A stretch of 63,371 nt of DNA, the filler included, from Octopus bimaculoides (lineage: Eukaryota): assembly GCF_001194135.2 (NCBI RefSeq). It is 5 parts of 4 records of this genome, joined end to end, with 100 filler letters (N's around TTAATTAATTAA, not from the genome) between each part and the next. Parts side by side here need not be neighbours in the genome. Positions count along the whole stretch, not along the records: positions 43,736 to 61,093 come from NC_068996.1; positions 61,194 to 63,371 come from NW_026397266.1; 3 more parts are not named here. One strand, given 5' to 3'. Below, one piece after another: positions 50,964 through 63,371 of this stretch; positions within the stretch are counted from its first letter, which is position 1; the number at the start of each line of letters is the position of its first letter. Below the pieces are notes generated by a model. The model did not search any database. It worked only from the letters and a program-made list of their open reading frames with translations, and had not been told where the DNA came from. A program made the translations under genes and the position numbers.

Positions 50964-51439
50964 AAATAACAGAAGCCATAAAAATTTTATTAAATCTTAC
51001 AAATGTACAAATGTGTGTACGATCATTCCGTTTGCATAAAAGTCGTGTTCTTTTCAAAATATCCTCAAAATGGCATACGTCGCATAAACACTTGCATACG
51101 TCGCGCAAAATTGTCATTTTGACCTCAGAGGACCCCATCCGAATGGTTCAGCCAGTGTGATTGAAGTCGAGCCAAAGAAGAAGAAATGATTAAGAAATGG
51201 GTAACAGCCAAAAAGATGCTAAACTGAATGGTTTTACAGTCATTCAGCAGAGAAAGTATTTATTTCTATAAAAAAAAAAAAATGTCATTTAAACAATCAG
51301 AAAAATCTACAATTTTATTTATAATTTTTTTTTACCAATTCTGAACATCTACAAATTCTAGTTCATTTTCATTTCTTCGGATCAATTTTAAACACGTAAA
51401 AGATTCCAATTGATTTTTTTTTACTTCTATTAAATTTTA

Positions 51440-51825
51440 ATTTTGATCGTCTTTAGGGGATTTCCTCTTTGAGGATTTCTTTGATTTCTGCTGCAATTGC
51501 CGCCTTCACTTCACCAATCATTTGAGGATTGTTCTAATAAACACTATCCTTGAAATACCCCTGCAGATAAAAATCTGATGGGTAGGGGTGTTCAAATCCG
51601 ATGAATGTGCTGCGCGCTCAACGTCACACTTTCTGCTGATCAGTCTCTCCCGAAATCGCTATCTCAGCCAGGCTAGAGGGTCATTTAATGCGTGGGGGGG
51701 GGGATGTCTTGCTGAAGCCACTGTTCATCTAGATTTATCCCTCTGCGTCATTTTATTCAAACAATTTTATTCAAAGATATGTGGGTTCTGTTTTTTCTTC
51801 TTCTTGTAGTGGGGCTCACCCTGTA
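51440..51825 (-). mobile_element. Internally deleted Tc1/mariner relic, rosa (about DD41D)-like
   Basis: QQDIPPH...WLR*RFRERLISRKCDVE..HSSDLN...FYLQGYFKDSVY; TACAGGGTGAGCCCC terminus. Confidence 0.7.
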
Positions 51826-51997
51826 CATGTATATGTGTACGTATGTATATATTATGTAGGGTTACCCGTTTGTCTCTTTTTTGCAACTATCATTCCTCTT
51901 CATTTTTGAACACTTTTTCAATGATACCCTTGCTGCGATTTGGTCTTACCTTGTTTTTATATACACATACGCAATATAATACTTTAGTAATGGTGTA

Positions 51998-52490
51998 ATA
52001 GCTCAGTGGTTAGAACATTGGGCTCATGATCATGAGGTAGTGAATTCGATTCCTGGACTGGACTCTGAGTTGTGTTCTTGAGCAAGACACTTTATTTTAC
52101 GTTGTTCCAGTTCACTTAACTGTAGAAATGAGTTGCAATGTCTCTGGTGCCAAGCCGTATCGGCCCTTGCCTTTCCCTTGGATAAAATCAGTGGTGTGGA
52201 GAGGAGAGAATGGTATCTATGGACAACTGCTGGTCTTCCATAAACTACCTTGCCTGGACTTGTGCCTTGGAGGGGAACTTTCAAGGTGCAATCCCTTGGT
52301 CATTCATAACCAATGGAGTCCTTTAGATTTTATCCTATGTACATTTAATGGCATTGAAAGAGGAACCTGGTATGCATGGGCAGCTGCTGCCCTTCCATAA
52401 ACAACCTCGCCCGGACTTGTTCCTCGGAAGGGAAACTTTCTAGGTGCATTCCATGGTAATTCATGACCGAAAGGGCTCTTCCCCATTTAC
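51998..52490 (+). mobile_element. CORE-type tRNA SINE with a different, partly duplicated 3' tail
   Basis: TAGCTCAGTGG A box, GAATTCGATTCC B box, CTTGAGCAAGACACTT core; tail at 52210-52320 repeated at 52365-52490. Confidence 0.75.
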
Positions 52491-53036
52491 TCCTTAGCAC
52501 AGAAACACATTACTATAAGCGGCTATTTTGATGCATCATTGTTTAACCTTCCTAATTGATTAACCTTTGGCATGTAACTTTTGGCCAAACTTAGGTAAAT
52601 ATTCTAAACGTTTTATTTGCACATCACTAGATGCCAGCAGAAAATTATCCCGATTTATAATTGTCGTTGTTAATTGCATAATATCGCCGACATTGTGATT
52701 CAAGTGGATTAGTTGTTCATCATACTTAATACATTTAATTATTTTTCTTAAATAACTGTTAATTTAAAATAACTATTTATTCAAATATCTTTTCAGGTAT
52801 CTCAATCGCAGTCCCCAACCCAACACGTCCATATTACCCCCATAAAACATTCCATCACTCTTCGAGTGTTGGAGTCGCCTATGTCGTAGAAGCTGTCTTG
52901 TTGTGCCTACACTTAATGGATATATGTACTTAAATTAATTATAGCAGCTAACAGCAGCAGTAGTAGTGAGCATCAGGCGTACGAACGGAAATCTTTCCGA
53001 ATGTGACCATCCCACCTTTTCTTTTTTTTCTTATAG

Positions 53037-53445
53037 GCGCAGGAGTGGCTGTGTGGTAAGTAGCTTGCTTTCCAACCACATGGTTCTGGGTTCAGTCCCA
53101 CTGCATGGCACCCTGGACAAGTGTCTTCTACTATAGCCTCGGGCCGACCAAAGCCTTGTGAGTGGATTTAGTAGACGGAAACTGAAAGAAGCCCGTCGTA
53201 TGTATATGTATATATATATAAATATATATGTGTGTGTGTGTTTGTGTGTCTGTGTTTGTCTCCCCAACATCGCTTGACAACCGATGCTGGTGTGTTTACG
53301 TCCCCGTAACTTAGCAGTTCGGCAAAAAGAGACCGAGAGAATAAGTACTAGGCTTACAAAGAATAAGTCCTGGGGTCGATTTGCGCTCGACTAAAGGCGG
53401 TGTTCCAGCATTGCCGTAGTCAAAATGACTGAAACAAGTAATAAG
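53037..53445 (+). mobile_element. SINE family B, full length
   Basis: Family motifs. Confidence 0.92.
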
Positions 53446-53464
53446 TAAATGTATGGCTTTAGAT

Positions 53465-53699
53465 CAGGAGTTCTGAACCATATTTTGCCCATGCACCTCT
53501 TTGATTTCTATTTTACTTGGATGGACCGCCATAGACATTTGGTGTTTAGAAAATCCTATTATTTTTTTTATAATTATTAGAAATTTTATAAAACTTGTTA
53601 AAATATTTTGTGTTGTGAACGTAAAACCAATTTATTGCACATTAACTTTACTGGTCTGAAGCACAATGCTTTCATGTGAACCCCGATTGAGAACCCCTA
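53465..53699. mobile_element. hAT-type MITE with 8-bp target-site duplication
   Basis: TIR CAGGAGTTCTGAA / TTGAGAACCCCTA; flanks CTTTAGAT / TTTTAGAT. Confidence 0.72.
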
Positions 53700-53807
53700 T
53701 TTTAGATAGATATTGATATGTGTAACAGGTCCTGCGATGAAACACTGGACCATCCGGTGACACTTTCGTAAACTATAACAAGCAGTGTCATCATGTTGGG
53801 AATATTG

Positions 53808-54245
53808 AAGGCGACGAGCTGGCAGAATCGTTAGCACGCTGGGCAAACATGCTTAGTAGTATTTCGTCTGTCTTTACGTTCTGAGTTCAAATTCCACCGA
53901 GGTCGACTTTGCCTTTCATCCATTCGAGGGTCGATAAATTAAGTACCAGTTGCGTACTGAGTCAATATAATCGACTGAGCTTCTCACCCAAAATTTCGGG
54001 CATTGTGTCTAGAGTAGAAAAGAATATTGGGAATACATGTCAGGCGGCGAGCTGGCTGAAACCTTAGCACACCGGGCGAAAATGCTTAGCGGTATTTCGC
54101 CTGTCTTTATGTTCTGAGTTCAAACTCCGCCGAAGTCGGCTTTGCCCTTCATCCTTTCGGAGTCGATATATTAAGTACTGGGTCGATCTAGTCGACTGGC
54201 CCCTCCCCCAACATTTCGGGCCTTGTACCTAGAGTAGAAAGGAAT
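53808..54245 (+). mobile_element. Two tandem SINE family D copies (53808-54030, 54042-54245)
   Basis: Both carry head, B box and CTAGAGTAGAAA.GAATATT end. Confidence 0.9.
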
Positions 54246-54971
54246 ATTTGGAATGTATAATTCATGCTTTAGGGAAGAGTTTGGTGCAATAATATGATTG
54301 TTAATTTCTTTCAAGTCTTTCGATTGTGAATATGGTATGTTTGAAACAATAAACCCTTGGGTCGTAACCGTGTTGTGGTCAAGGCAAACTTTAACCCAGC
54401 TCTGTTACATCGAATTTTTGTTTATTTTTATCGTTATTATATTTGCCGAAAATTACGAAGAATTTATTGCAAAGCATCAAGAGTTACGATTTAGCTGGTA
54501 GCAGTATATTCTAGCGGAAAATCATTAAACATTAGGCGATAAAATATTCTACTGTTTTTTTTTTTCTTTTCTTGGCGGTGGGGAGCTAAACTGGAGGAAT
54601 CCGTAATATATTCGTATTGAAGTTATGTAAGAGATAAGATTACACACACACATCAAAGCACAGACATTGAGCTATAAATAACGACATGCAAATATTAGGC
54701 TAAAAACCGTTTTGGATGGAGAAATTCGAAGGATAGCTTTTTGTACAACGGTAAAACGCCTGTAACGTCTACAAAAGACGTGGGTTCGTGTCCAACAGGA
54801 AAATCTTCGACTTTTTCTCGCCAAAAGTGTTTTCAGCCTAATATCAGCCTAATATTTACGTGATATTATTATTTACAGCTTTCTGTCTGTGCTGCCAAAA
54901 CAGGAAAAAAAAAAAAATTCGCGCTTTCTCGAACGTTTATGAAATGTTTATGGTGTCAAAAATAGACTGTC

Positions 54972-55030
<59 letters not shown>

Positions 55031-55059
55031 AAAAGAGAGTGGAAGAGAGTGAGGGATCC

Positions 55060-57338
55060 AAAACATTGACCTTTTTTCGGGGGCCGCACCAAAAGAAATA
55101 GAACACAAGTCAAAGGAAATTGTAGTATATTTATAGAGGGAACACCGCAATGAAAAATAGTAGTGCAATGGAATTTCATGTGAAAATTGATTTTGCCTCG
55201 ACTTTCAACTAGTTTGTTAAAACGAGTTCTCATCATGGATGATGTAGTATGCAAAAGCTTGTTGACATGGTGGCCAGTCAATCGGTTGCGATATTTTGTT
55301 TTTATTCCCACTAGTTAGCTGAAGAGTGCTTCTCAAACATATGTTGAACCAAATTCCAGAGGCACTTTTCTGTGCGTTAGCCATGAAAGTTAGGATATTT
55401 CTCCTCTGAGATTCAACGCCAGAAGTCAGACTAGACTTGAATGTGGATGTCAGCTCCACATCTAACAGCAAGCACAGGAGCTACATTTTAAATTCGTCAG
55501 GATCGGTGATCGCATCTATCTTTATATGTACTGAAACTAATTTCATCAAGGGCAAAGTATCCTTGTATCCTTGGTGTCTTTAAAACGGTGTTCAAATTCA
55601 ACCATCGAGTTACTAATGATCTTGTATGTATTGTATGACTCGTTGTCGTTGTGCTCAGAAAGTGAGAAGAAATGGGTTATAGTGCCATGAGTAATTTCTG
55701 TATTCGAAAGGTGAGGCTTTGTAACGAAGGCAGACACTATGCTTTATAATTGATGGCAGAGCTTGTTCGCAACTTGCAGGGCGCGATTCGAAATCGAAGG
55801 GTGTGAGGTGTTATCGACCATGAAAGACAAAATCAGCAATCCGTTCTGTGTTGCTAAGCCGAGGGAAGATTATCTTTTCTTCGGTAAAAATTTTGATTTC
55901 CTTAAGAAATATGTTGTATCTACTGAGGCATATGGCACGGGTTAAACCTTGAACAGCAGTTTACACGAGTTCGTGTCCATAGTTAGTATCAATATTCGCC
56001 ATAAACTGCCTGAAATTACGATGGCTCAGAGTCTTTGTACGATCCAATGTACGATTGATTTGGCGGCCTCTGTCTATTGATTATTTTTAGCGACTTAGCA
56101 AGGACATTTTTCTGGTGTATAATATTACAGAAGTAAGGTTGTCCTCTGCTAGCCATCTGGCAACGAGTCTTTAAATACCTTATTTCTGTTCAAACATAGA
56201 AAGTTATCCATCTGCGGCAACCGAAAACAGCTATGACGGACCCGAATGTGCTTGTTGAAGGCTTGCACTAAATCCACAATATATAACTGTCACTTTTGTT
56301 GAGCCATGAATGGAAGGCAACGTAAGGAATTCTTCATTAATCTGGAAATCTGGCATGACTCTCCTGATGAACACAGTTAGTTGCTCCGCATCCGTTATGT
56401 CTTTTGTGCTTTCAAGAACGAAAGTGTAGTAAACAAAAACCCTCCACTTATTAAGAAGCTTAAGAAGCTGATCATGTCGGTTAATAGATAAGCATTCAAC
56501 TTGTCGAGTTACTGTGTCATTGCTGAGCTATATTTTCTTAGCGTTTTGTTGAACACTGGAACATTCTTCAGTGAAAACGGCAACAGCTTATTTCATGATT
56601 TCGCTATGTGAATGCAGCTTCGTATGGCAAGCCAGAAGGTGGCTAACCCTGTGTGACGTCATTGTTATGTCTTTAGAATCACTTACATGTTTGAAGAAAT
56701 TCGTTTGTTTTGAGTGCGCTGACTTTAAAAATTCCAGCTTCCTTTCCATTGATTCTCTTTGGAAGCAATGATATTCTGTAAGAAAGAGTTTTGTAGTGTC
56801 TCTCAACATTAAAAAACCTTCAAAATTTCCATACCATTGGACAGATAAGGCAGTCTATCTTACCGTCTTCTTCAATCACAAAATACTTTATATAAAATAT
56901 TCTTGAAATACATAGCTCTCTTGCATAAGTGCACGAGCTTTCTTCGAATGTAGTTCCACCATGCGTTGATGAAAGAATGAGCAATGGCTGACACAGTGCC
57001 TTCTTGCTTCATCAACACCGGTGATAGAAGGTCATGGCACGCGTAGATCAATAAGGCTCATGTACTGTTCTGAATAACCGTTTCTTGCCAGTCTGTGCGC
57101 CCGAGTGTATCTTAATATCTGTGCTAATGTCGTCGCAAACTCAGGTTAGTGACTGAACAAAACTAATGCGATTTTAGTTGAAAACAAACCCATGATATTT
57201 TTCAAAGCAATTTCTGAAAATGCAAGGGGACTTTCTAAATTAGGAGGTTTTATTATATATTTGTTAAAAGCTTGAGAGCCGCCAGAAGGACGCATTAGGG
57301 CCGCATACATCCCTATGAGCCGCAGCAGAGACCAGCTG
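55060..57338 (-). mobile_element. Degenerate hAT transposon of the GTF2IRD2/SPIN-like transposase type
   Basis: YFVIEEDGKIDCLIC...NVERHY zinc finger, ESTKDITDAEQLTVFIR catalytic-D region; GGGCCGC subterminal motifs; CTG end near 57338. Confidence 0.78.
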
Positions 57339-57989
57339 ATGTAGGGTGTCCATCTAACTGAAAATCAAAAAAAATCTGATCAATGAAATATTTTCAAATG
57401 AAATATATTAAATCACAAACTCTGGAGATATGAAAAGTGAATATATATATACATATCTGCTTGGCCCCGTGATTTTCATACGATTGTGTCTGTTTCGCAA
57501 AATTCGCCATGTTGTATTAATTTCAGTATGGATGAAAATATGTGAACATGTTTGCATTAATATGATACACTCAGAATAATGCAATACAATTCTATATTCA
57601 TAAATTAATGCAACTAAAGAAGGCTAGGTCATCAGATCACCGAAATATCATGATTCATCACAATAGGAATCAATTAACGTACTTAACTGATGTTGTTTAC
57701 TTTTATTTGCTACTATACCCTNNNNNNNNNNNNNNNNNNNNNNNNNNNNNNNNNNNNNNNNNNNNNNNNNNNNNNNNNNNNNNNNNNNNNNNNNNNNNNN
57801 NNNNNNNNNNNNNNNNNNNNNNNNNNNNNNNNNNNNNNNNNNNNNNNNNNNNNNNNNNNNNNNNNNNNNNNNNNNNNNNNNNNNNNNNNNNNNNNNNNNN
57901 NNNNNNNNNNNNNNNNNNNNNNNNNNNNNNNNNNNNNNNNNNNNNNNNNNNNNNNNNNNNNNNNNNNNNNNNNNNNNNNNNNNNNNNNN

Positions 57990-58024
<35 letters not shown>

Positions 58025-58064
58025 TACATATATGCGTATGCGTGTGTTTGTGTGTGTGTGTGTG

Positions 58065-58512
58065 CTTCAGAACCTTAGGTTTCAGGTACAGACCCACTGC
58101 ATGACAACATGGATAGATGTCTTCTATTATAGCCTCGGGCCGACCAAAGCCTTGTGAGTAAATTTGGTAAACAGAAGCTGAGAGAAACCGGTCGTATACA
58201 CACACAACCACACACACGCGCACGCACACACACACATACACACACATACACACACACATACACATACGCACACTCAAACACACACAACCATGCATACACA
58301 CACACACACACACATACACATGTGAGAATTTGTGTCCGTGTTTGTTCCCCACAGCCGCTTGTCAATCGGTATTAGTGTGATTACATCCATGTTATCTAGC
58401 GGTTCACCGAAAAAAGTAACGGATAACGTATGTTCCAGATTTTAAAATGTACTAATGGATTCGATTTATTGGCTAAAATTCTTCAAGTCCATGCCCCATC
58501 ATGGCCGCAGTT
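58065..58512 (+). mobile_element. Diverged SINE family B with internal (CA)n
   Basis: 5' half 58075-58195 and 3' half 58325-58512. Confidence 0.75.
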
Positions 58513-58569
58513 ATACACACATACACACACATATGCACGCTCATATAGACACACACATATACACATACG

Positions 58570-59015
58570 TGGAGGCGCAATGGCCCAGTGGTTAGGGCAG
58601 CGGACTCGCGGTCATAGGATCGCGGTTTCGATTCCCAGACCGGGCNNNNNNNNNNTAGGGCAGCGGACTCGCGGTCATAGGATCGCGGTTTCGATTCCCA
58701 GACCGGGCGTTGTGAGTGTTTATTGAGCGATAACACCTAAAAGCTCCACGAGGCTCTGGCAGGGGATGGTGGCGAACCCTGCTGTACTCTTTCTCCACAA
58801 CTTTCTCTCACTCTTTCCTCCTGTTTCTGTTGTATCTGTAATTCAAAGGGTAAGCCTTGTCACACTGTGTCACGCTGAATATCCCCGAGAACTACGTTAA
58901 GGGTATACGTGTCTGTGAAGTGATCAGCTACTTGCACGTTAATTTCACGAGCAGGCTGTTCCGTTGATCGGATCAACTGGAACCCTAGACGTCATAAGCG
59001 ACGGAGTGCAAACAA
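58570..59015 (+). mobile_element. SINE family A, full length (head duplicated across a 10-N gap)
   Basis: Near identical to 2585-2918. Confidence 0.9.
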
Positions 59016-59219
59016 CATACACATACATATATAGCTGTATGATTAAGAAATTCTTAAGCTTCATGTTTCATCCAACAGCTAGGAATCTTGTGAAACTTTT
59101 TTTGACAATGGACATGCCAGACTGATTTTTCATGGAACTTTGTCATGTTTAAAGATATGCAAGCAAAACAAAATTGTGCTGGGAGAAATGGCCACCCGCA
59201 GTTGCCATTGTCATGCATT

Positions 59220-59220
59220 A

Positions 59221-59281
<61 letters not shown>

Positions 59282-59312
59282 GTCTATCTGTCTATCTATC
59301 TANNNNNNNNNN

Positions 59313-59368
<56 letters not shown>

Positions 59369-59372
59369 CCTA
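59220..59372. repeat. (TATC)n microsatellite
   Basis: Direct reading. Confidence 0.95.
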
Positions 59373-59712
59373 TTTAAAAATTTCATTACAGAAGAATCTT
59401 GCAGATGAGTACTAATTGAAATCACGATAACAGCCGTATTTTTGAAAGCCTGAAAATCTGGTCCGAGATTATCAATTCTAGGTTCTCCATTTATACGATG
59501 TTCTGCCTAGAGGTAAGACGATCATTTTTTTATGTTCGCTACCCGCATACATCTTTTCCAGTATATATTTCGGTCAAGCTTTACATAGCGTCGTATCGTT
59601 ATTCACTGCTATTTCCAGCAAACATTGGTGCTGTGCCGTTCCACTAGTTCTTACTTTTAATTCTACCTTTATGGTGCTTTATTTGGCTGGAAAGTGATAC
59701 ACTTGTATTGCA

Positions 59713-59765
<53 letters not shown>

Positions 59766-60029
59766 NNNNNNNNNNNNNNNNNNNNNNNNNNNNNNNNNNN
59801 NNNNNNNNNNNNNNNNNNNNNNNNNNNNNNNNNNNNNNNNNNNNNNNNNNNNNNNNNNNNNNNNNNNNNNNNNNNNNNNNNNNNNNNNNNNNNNNNNNNN
59901 NNNNNNNNNNNNNNNNNNNNNNNNNNNNNNNNNNNNNNNNNNNNNNNNNNNNNNNNNNNNNNNNNNNNNNNNNNNNNNNNNNNTATAAGATTGTCTCGCA
60001 TGGAATGTATTTTAAATGGGTCTCATATG

Positions 60030-61093
60030 AATTATCTATAAATAAATTTTCAATGAGTTTCTATGTGTATGCTTGTGTTTATTCTTAACCTTTTTTCTTT
60101 CTAGTCAATGCTATTATTGAAAATTGCTACCCACAGCTCTTATGAAAATGTTGACAACTGAACAATACCAAGTGATTTTCTTGTACAAATACAATTTGGG
60201 TCACTCTGCCACCGAAGCTCTACGTAGCATCATGTGGGTTTTTGGTAACGATTCTGTTGAGATTAGAACTGTTCAGAGATGATTCCAAAGATTTCGTGCT
60301 GGAAATGAAAGCCTTAAAAATGGACCAAGAAGGAGACCAAGATCAATTTTTCGGCATGATGAACAACGGTCTGAAAAATCGAATCAACAGTCCGAAATTC
60401 CAGAACAACGGTCCGAAAAATCGGATCATAGCTCCAGATATCTCGCGCAACTGCTTCTCAACACTTGAAGAAATTTGAAAGAGTTGAAAATATGGATAGG
60501 TTTGTTCCCCATCAACTTAATGTGTTTCAAAGAAACAGACGCCTTACAGTGTGTTCCATGTTGATTTTGCGGTTGGAAAGAGAACCATTTTTGTATCGAC
60601 TCGTTACATGTGATGAGGAATGGATAATAGCAGGAGGACAGAACAGTGGTTAGATGCGGGAGAGTCACCAAAACATTATCCAAATCCAACATTGTACCCT
60701 AAAAAGTTGCTGGTCAATGTATGGCGGTCAACAATGGTTGTTATTCATTATTCATCTTTACAACAAGGAAAAACTGTAAAAGTAACATCCTATTGTCAGG
60801 AAATTGATTGTATGCATGAAAAATTAAAAAAAGAAGCAACCCAGATTAGTGAATAGAGATGGCCCAATTTTGCTTCATGATAATGCACAGCCTCACACTT
60901 CTCCAGCTAGGGTCCACGAGTTGCAAATCCTGAATTATGAAATTTTAGCACATCCTCTTTATTCTCATGATATTTTTCCTACTGATTAACACGTATTTAA
61001 ACACTTTGAGCTTGCTATAAGAAGTAAAATATTCTTAAATAAAGAAGAGGTAATTGAAGCATTCGAACAGTTTGTCAGTGTACAAGATGAGAA
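60030..61093 (+). mobile_element. mariner (DD34D) transposon relic, cut by scaffold join
   Basis: ATG at 60142; RTVQR*FQRFRAG, FVPHQL, LVTCDEEW, LLHDNAQPH, HPLYSHDIFPTD motifs with frameshifts. Confidence 0.9.
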
Positions 61094-61137
61094 NNNNNNN
61101 NNNNNNNNNNNNNNNNNNNNNNNNNNNNNNNNNNNNN

Positions 61138-61149
61138 TTAATTAATTAA
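61138..61149. other. Artificial scaffold-join spacer
   Basis: N44-TTAATTAATTAA-N44. Confidence 0.95.
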
Positions 61150-61193
61150 NNNNNNNNNNNNNNNNNNNNNNNNNNNNNNNNNNNNNNNNNNNN

Positions 61194-61520
61194 CCACACC
61201 ATCACTACTCCTATTACTACTACTACTACCACCACCACCACCAGCATCATCGCCACCACCACCATCACTACTACAACTCCTCCTCCTCCTACTGCTACTA
61301 CTACCATCATCATCGCCACACCACCACCACCACCGCAACTACTACTACGTTTACTTCTACCACCGCCGCCACTATTACAACTACTACACTTACTACTACT
61401 ACTACTACCACCACCATCCACCACCAGTACCCCTACTACTACGACTACAACTGCTGGTGCTGCGTTACTGTTACCACTGCCACCAGTACTACTACTATAC
61501 TACTACTGCTACTACTACTA
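61194..61520. repeat. (ACT/ACC)n low-complexity tract
   Basis: Direct reading. Confidence 0.9.
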
Positions 61521-62129
61521 AAAGAACAATATCAGCTTCCACGGCTTCAATTAGAACAAGCTAAACGACAATAACAACAAATGAAACATTATTCAGTGTA
61601 GTCCAAGTTACACAATGCCTGTTCAAACGACGAGATGACCAGAGGTGGAACACTTTTGACCATACTTCCGTTGTGCCAGAACTGACCAGCAACTGAAACA
61701 ACAACCACAAAAAAAGACGGTGACATTAGAACCTGTAGTCCCAGATACATTATGCCCGAATAACAAACGGGATGGTCATAGTTGGAACGACTTTTGAACA
61801 TTAGTTCTGCTGGATCAGATAAATACGGACAACGACAAAGACTGTCACGTTATCAAGAAGATACACTATGTTTGAATAAAAGGTGGGAGAGTCACGGCCG
61901 GAAGGCTTTTGATTAGAGGTCTGCTGGATCATTGCCGGACTGGGGTTAAATGAAACAAAAGAACAGCAACATGAAAAACAGAGCGACACATAAGACAATG
62001 TATTCCTTGATACACTATGCCTGAATGACGAATGGGACGGTCATAGGTGGAACGCTTTTGATCAGGGGCCTACTGCATCAGTGCTAGCCTGGGGATAAAT
62101 GAAGCAAAGACAACGGCAGTATCAAAAGA

Positions 62130-62800
62130 TGGTAGTGGTGGCGGAGTATGGTAGTGGTGGTGGTGGTGGCGGAGTATGGTAGTGGTGGTGGTGGTGGTGA
62201 TGGTGGCGGAGTATGGTAGTGGTNNNNNNNNNNNNNNNNNNNNNNNNNNNNNNNNNNNNNNNNNNNNNNNNNNNNNNNNNNNNNNNNNNNNNNNNNNNNN
62301 NNNNNNNNNNNNNNNNNNNNNNNNNNNNNNNNNNNNNNNNNNNNNNNNNNNNNNNNNNNNNNNNNNNNNNNNNNNNNNNNNNNNNNNNNNNNNNNNNNNN
62401 NNNNNNNNNNNNNNNNNNNNNNNNNNNNNNNNNNNNNNNNNNNNNNNNNNNNNNNNNNNNNNNNNNNNNNNNNNNNNNNNNNNNNNNNNNNNNNNNNNNN
62501 NNNNNNNNNNNNNNNNNNNNNNNNNNNNNAGTACGGTGTTGTTCTTGGTGGTGGTGGTAGTGATGGCGTTGATGACGTGTGGCGGTGGCGCGGTGGCGAT
62601 GATACTGGTGTTAATTGCGGCGATGAAGTGATGGTGATGATAGCGTAGCGGTTGGTAACGATGTTTGCATATCATAGTGGCAGTGGTGATGGTCGTGGTG
62701 GGAGCGATGACATAGAAAAAGCTGGTTTTGGTGGTGGTGGTGGTGGTGATGGTGGTTTGTAATGGTATGCGAAACTGGTGTAACGATGTTGTTTTTGGCG
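62130..62800. repeat. (GGT)n-rich tract with GGCGGAGTATGGTAGTGGT units, gapped
   Basis: Direct reading. Confidence 0.85.
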
Positions 62801-63221
62801 GCTTGCCCGAAATCGGTCATGATTGAGAGATTCAAGATCAAAGACGTTCTTGACGTGACCATCACGTCATTTTATCATTATGTTTAAAACTATATCTAAG
62901 ACTACAATATCCAAGGTGCTCTTCCACAATTCACTACAGTAATTTGTGGGTGGATAGGCTGCTATTTCTGTCAGGTCTAGCTACCATATAGAGGTCACCC
63001 TCATTGACTCATGCACGCACGCACACACACACACACACACACGCACACACACATACATATAAGAATAAGGAGGGATTTGAGAGAGATTTAGCAAATTCTT
63101 TTAATAGGTCTAGCTACCATGAGTCAACCCCGGAAAGATTTGAGAGGGATTTAGCTGCTACTTCTAACAGGTCCAGCTATCATGTAGAGGTTTCCATCAT
63201 TGACTTCTACAAACATACATA

Positions 63222-63371
63222 CATTGTGGAACTCCGTCGGTTACGGCGACGAGGGTTCCAGTTGATCCGATCAACGGAACAGCCTGCTCGTGAAATTAAC
63301 GTGCAAGTGGCTGAGCACTCCACAGACACGTGTACCCTTAACGTAGTTCGCGGGAATATTCAGCGTGACAC
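63222..63371 (-). mobile_element. SINE family A 3' part, truncated by window end
   Basis: Matches the tail of 17767-18152. Confidence 0.88.

Noticed and set aside
52797-52889. Possible terminal exon VSQSQSPTQHVHITPIKHSITLRVLESPMS* after a tttcag acceptor
   Set aside because: No partner exon or recognisable homology; such acceptors occur by chance in AT-rich DNA

Overview
AT-rich, microsatellite-saturated animal genomic DNA. The SINE, LINE and DNA-transposon families look like octopus (cephalopod); the species is inferred, not verified. The window is five scaffolds joined by artificial N44-TTAATTAATTAA-N44 spacers (5014, 24620, 43680, 61138) and has many N gaps. Nearly all listed six-frame ORFs are microsatellite or gap artefacts. 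The only host gene I can support is a + strand spliced fragment with three phase-compatible GT-AG exons (11337-11387, 15094-15235, 17226-17362) encoding a winged-helix-like segment; a doubtful upstream exon lies at 838. The rest is mobile DNA: several tRNA-derived SINE families, RTE, R4/Dong-like and Tx1/L1-like LINE fragments, Tc1, mariner, rosa-like and hAT transposon relics, and MITEs. The most interesting signals are (i) minimal hammerhead-ribozyme motifs in inverted, Penelope-pLTR-like repeats, (ii) an RTE with twin-priming geometry and a foreign GC-rich insert, (iii) retroelements sitting in microsatellites, and (iv) many intronic fold-back structures around the host exons.
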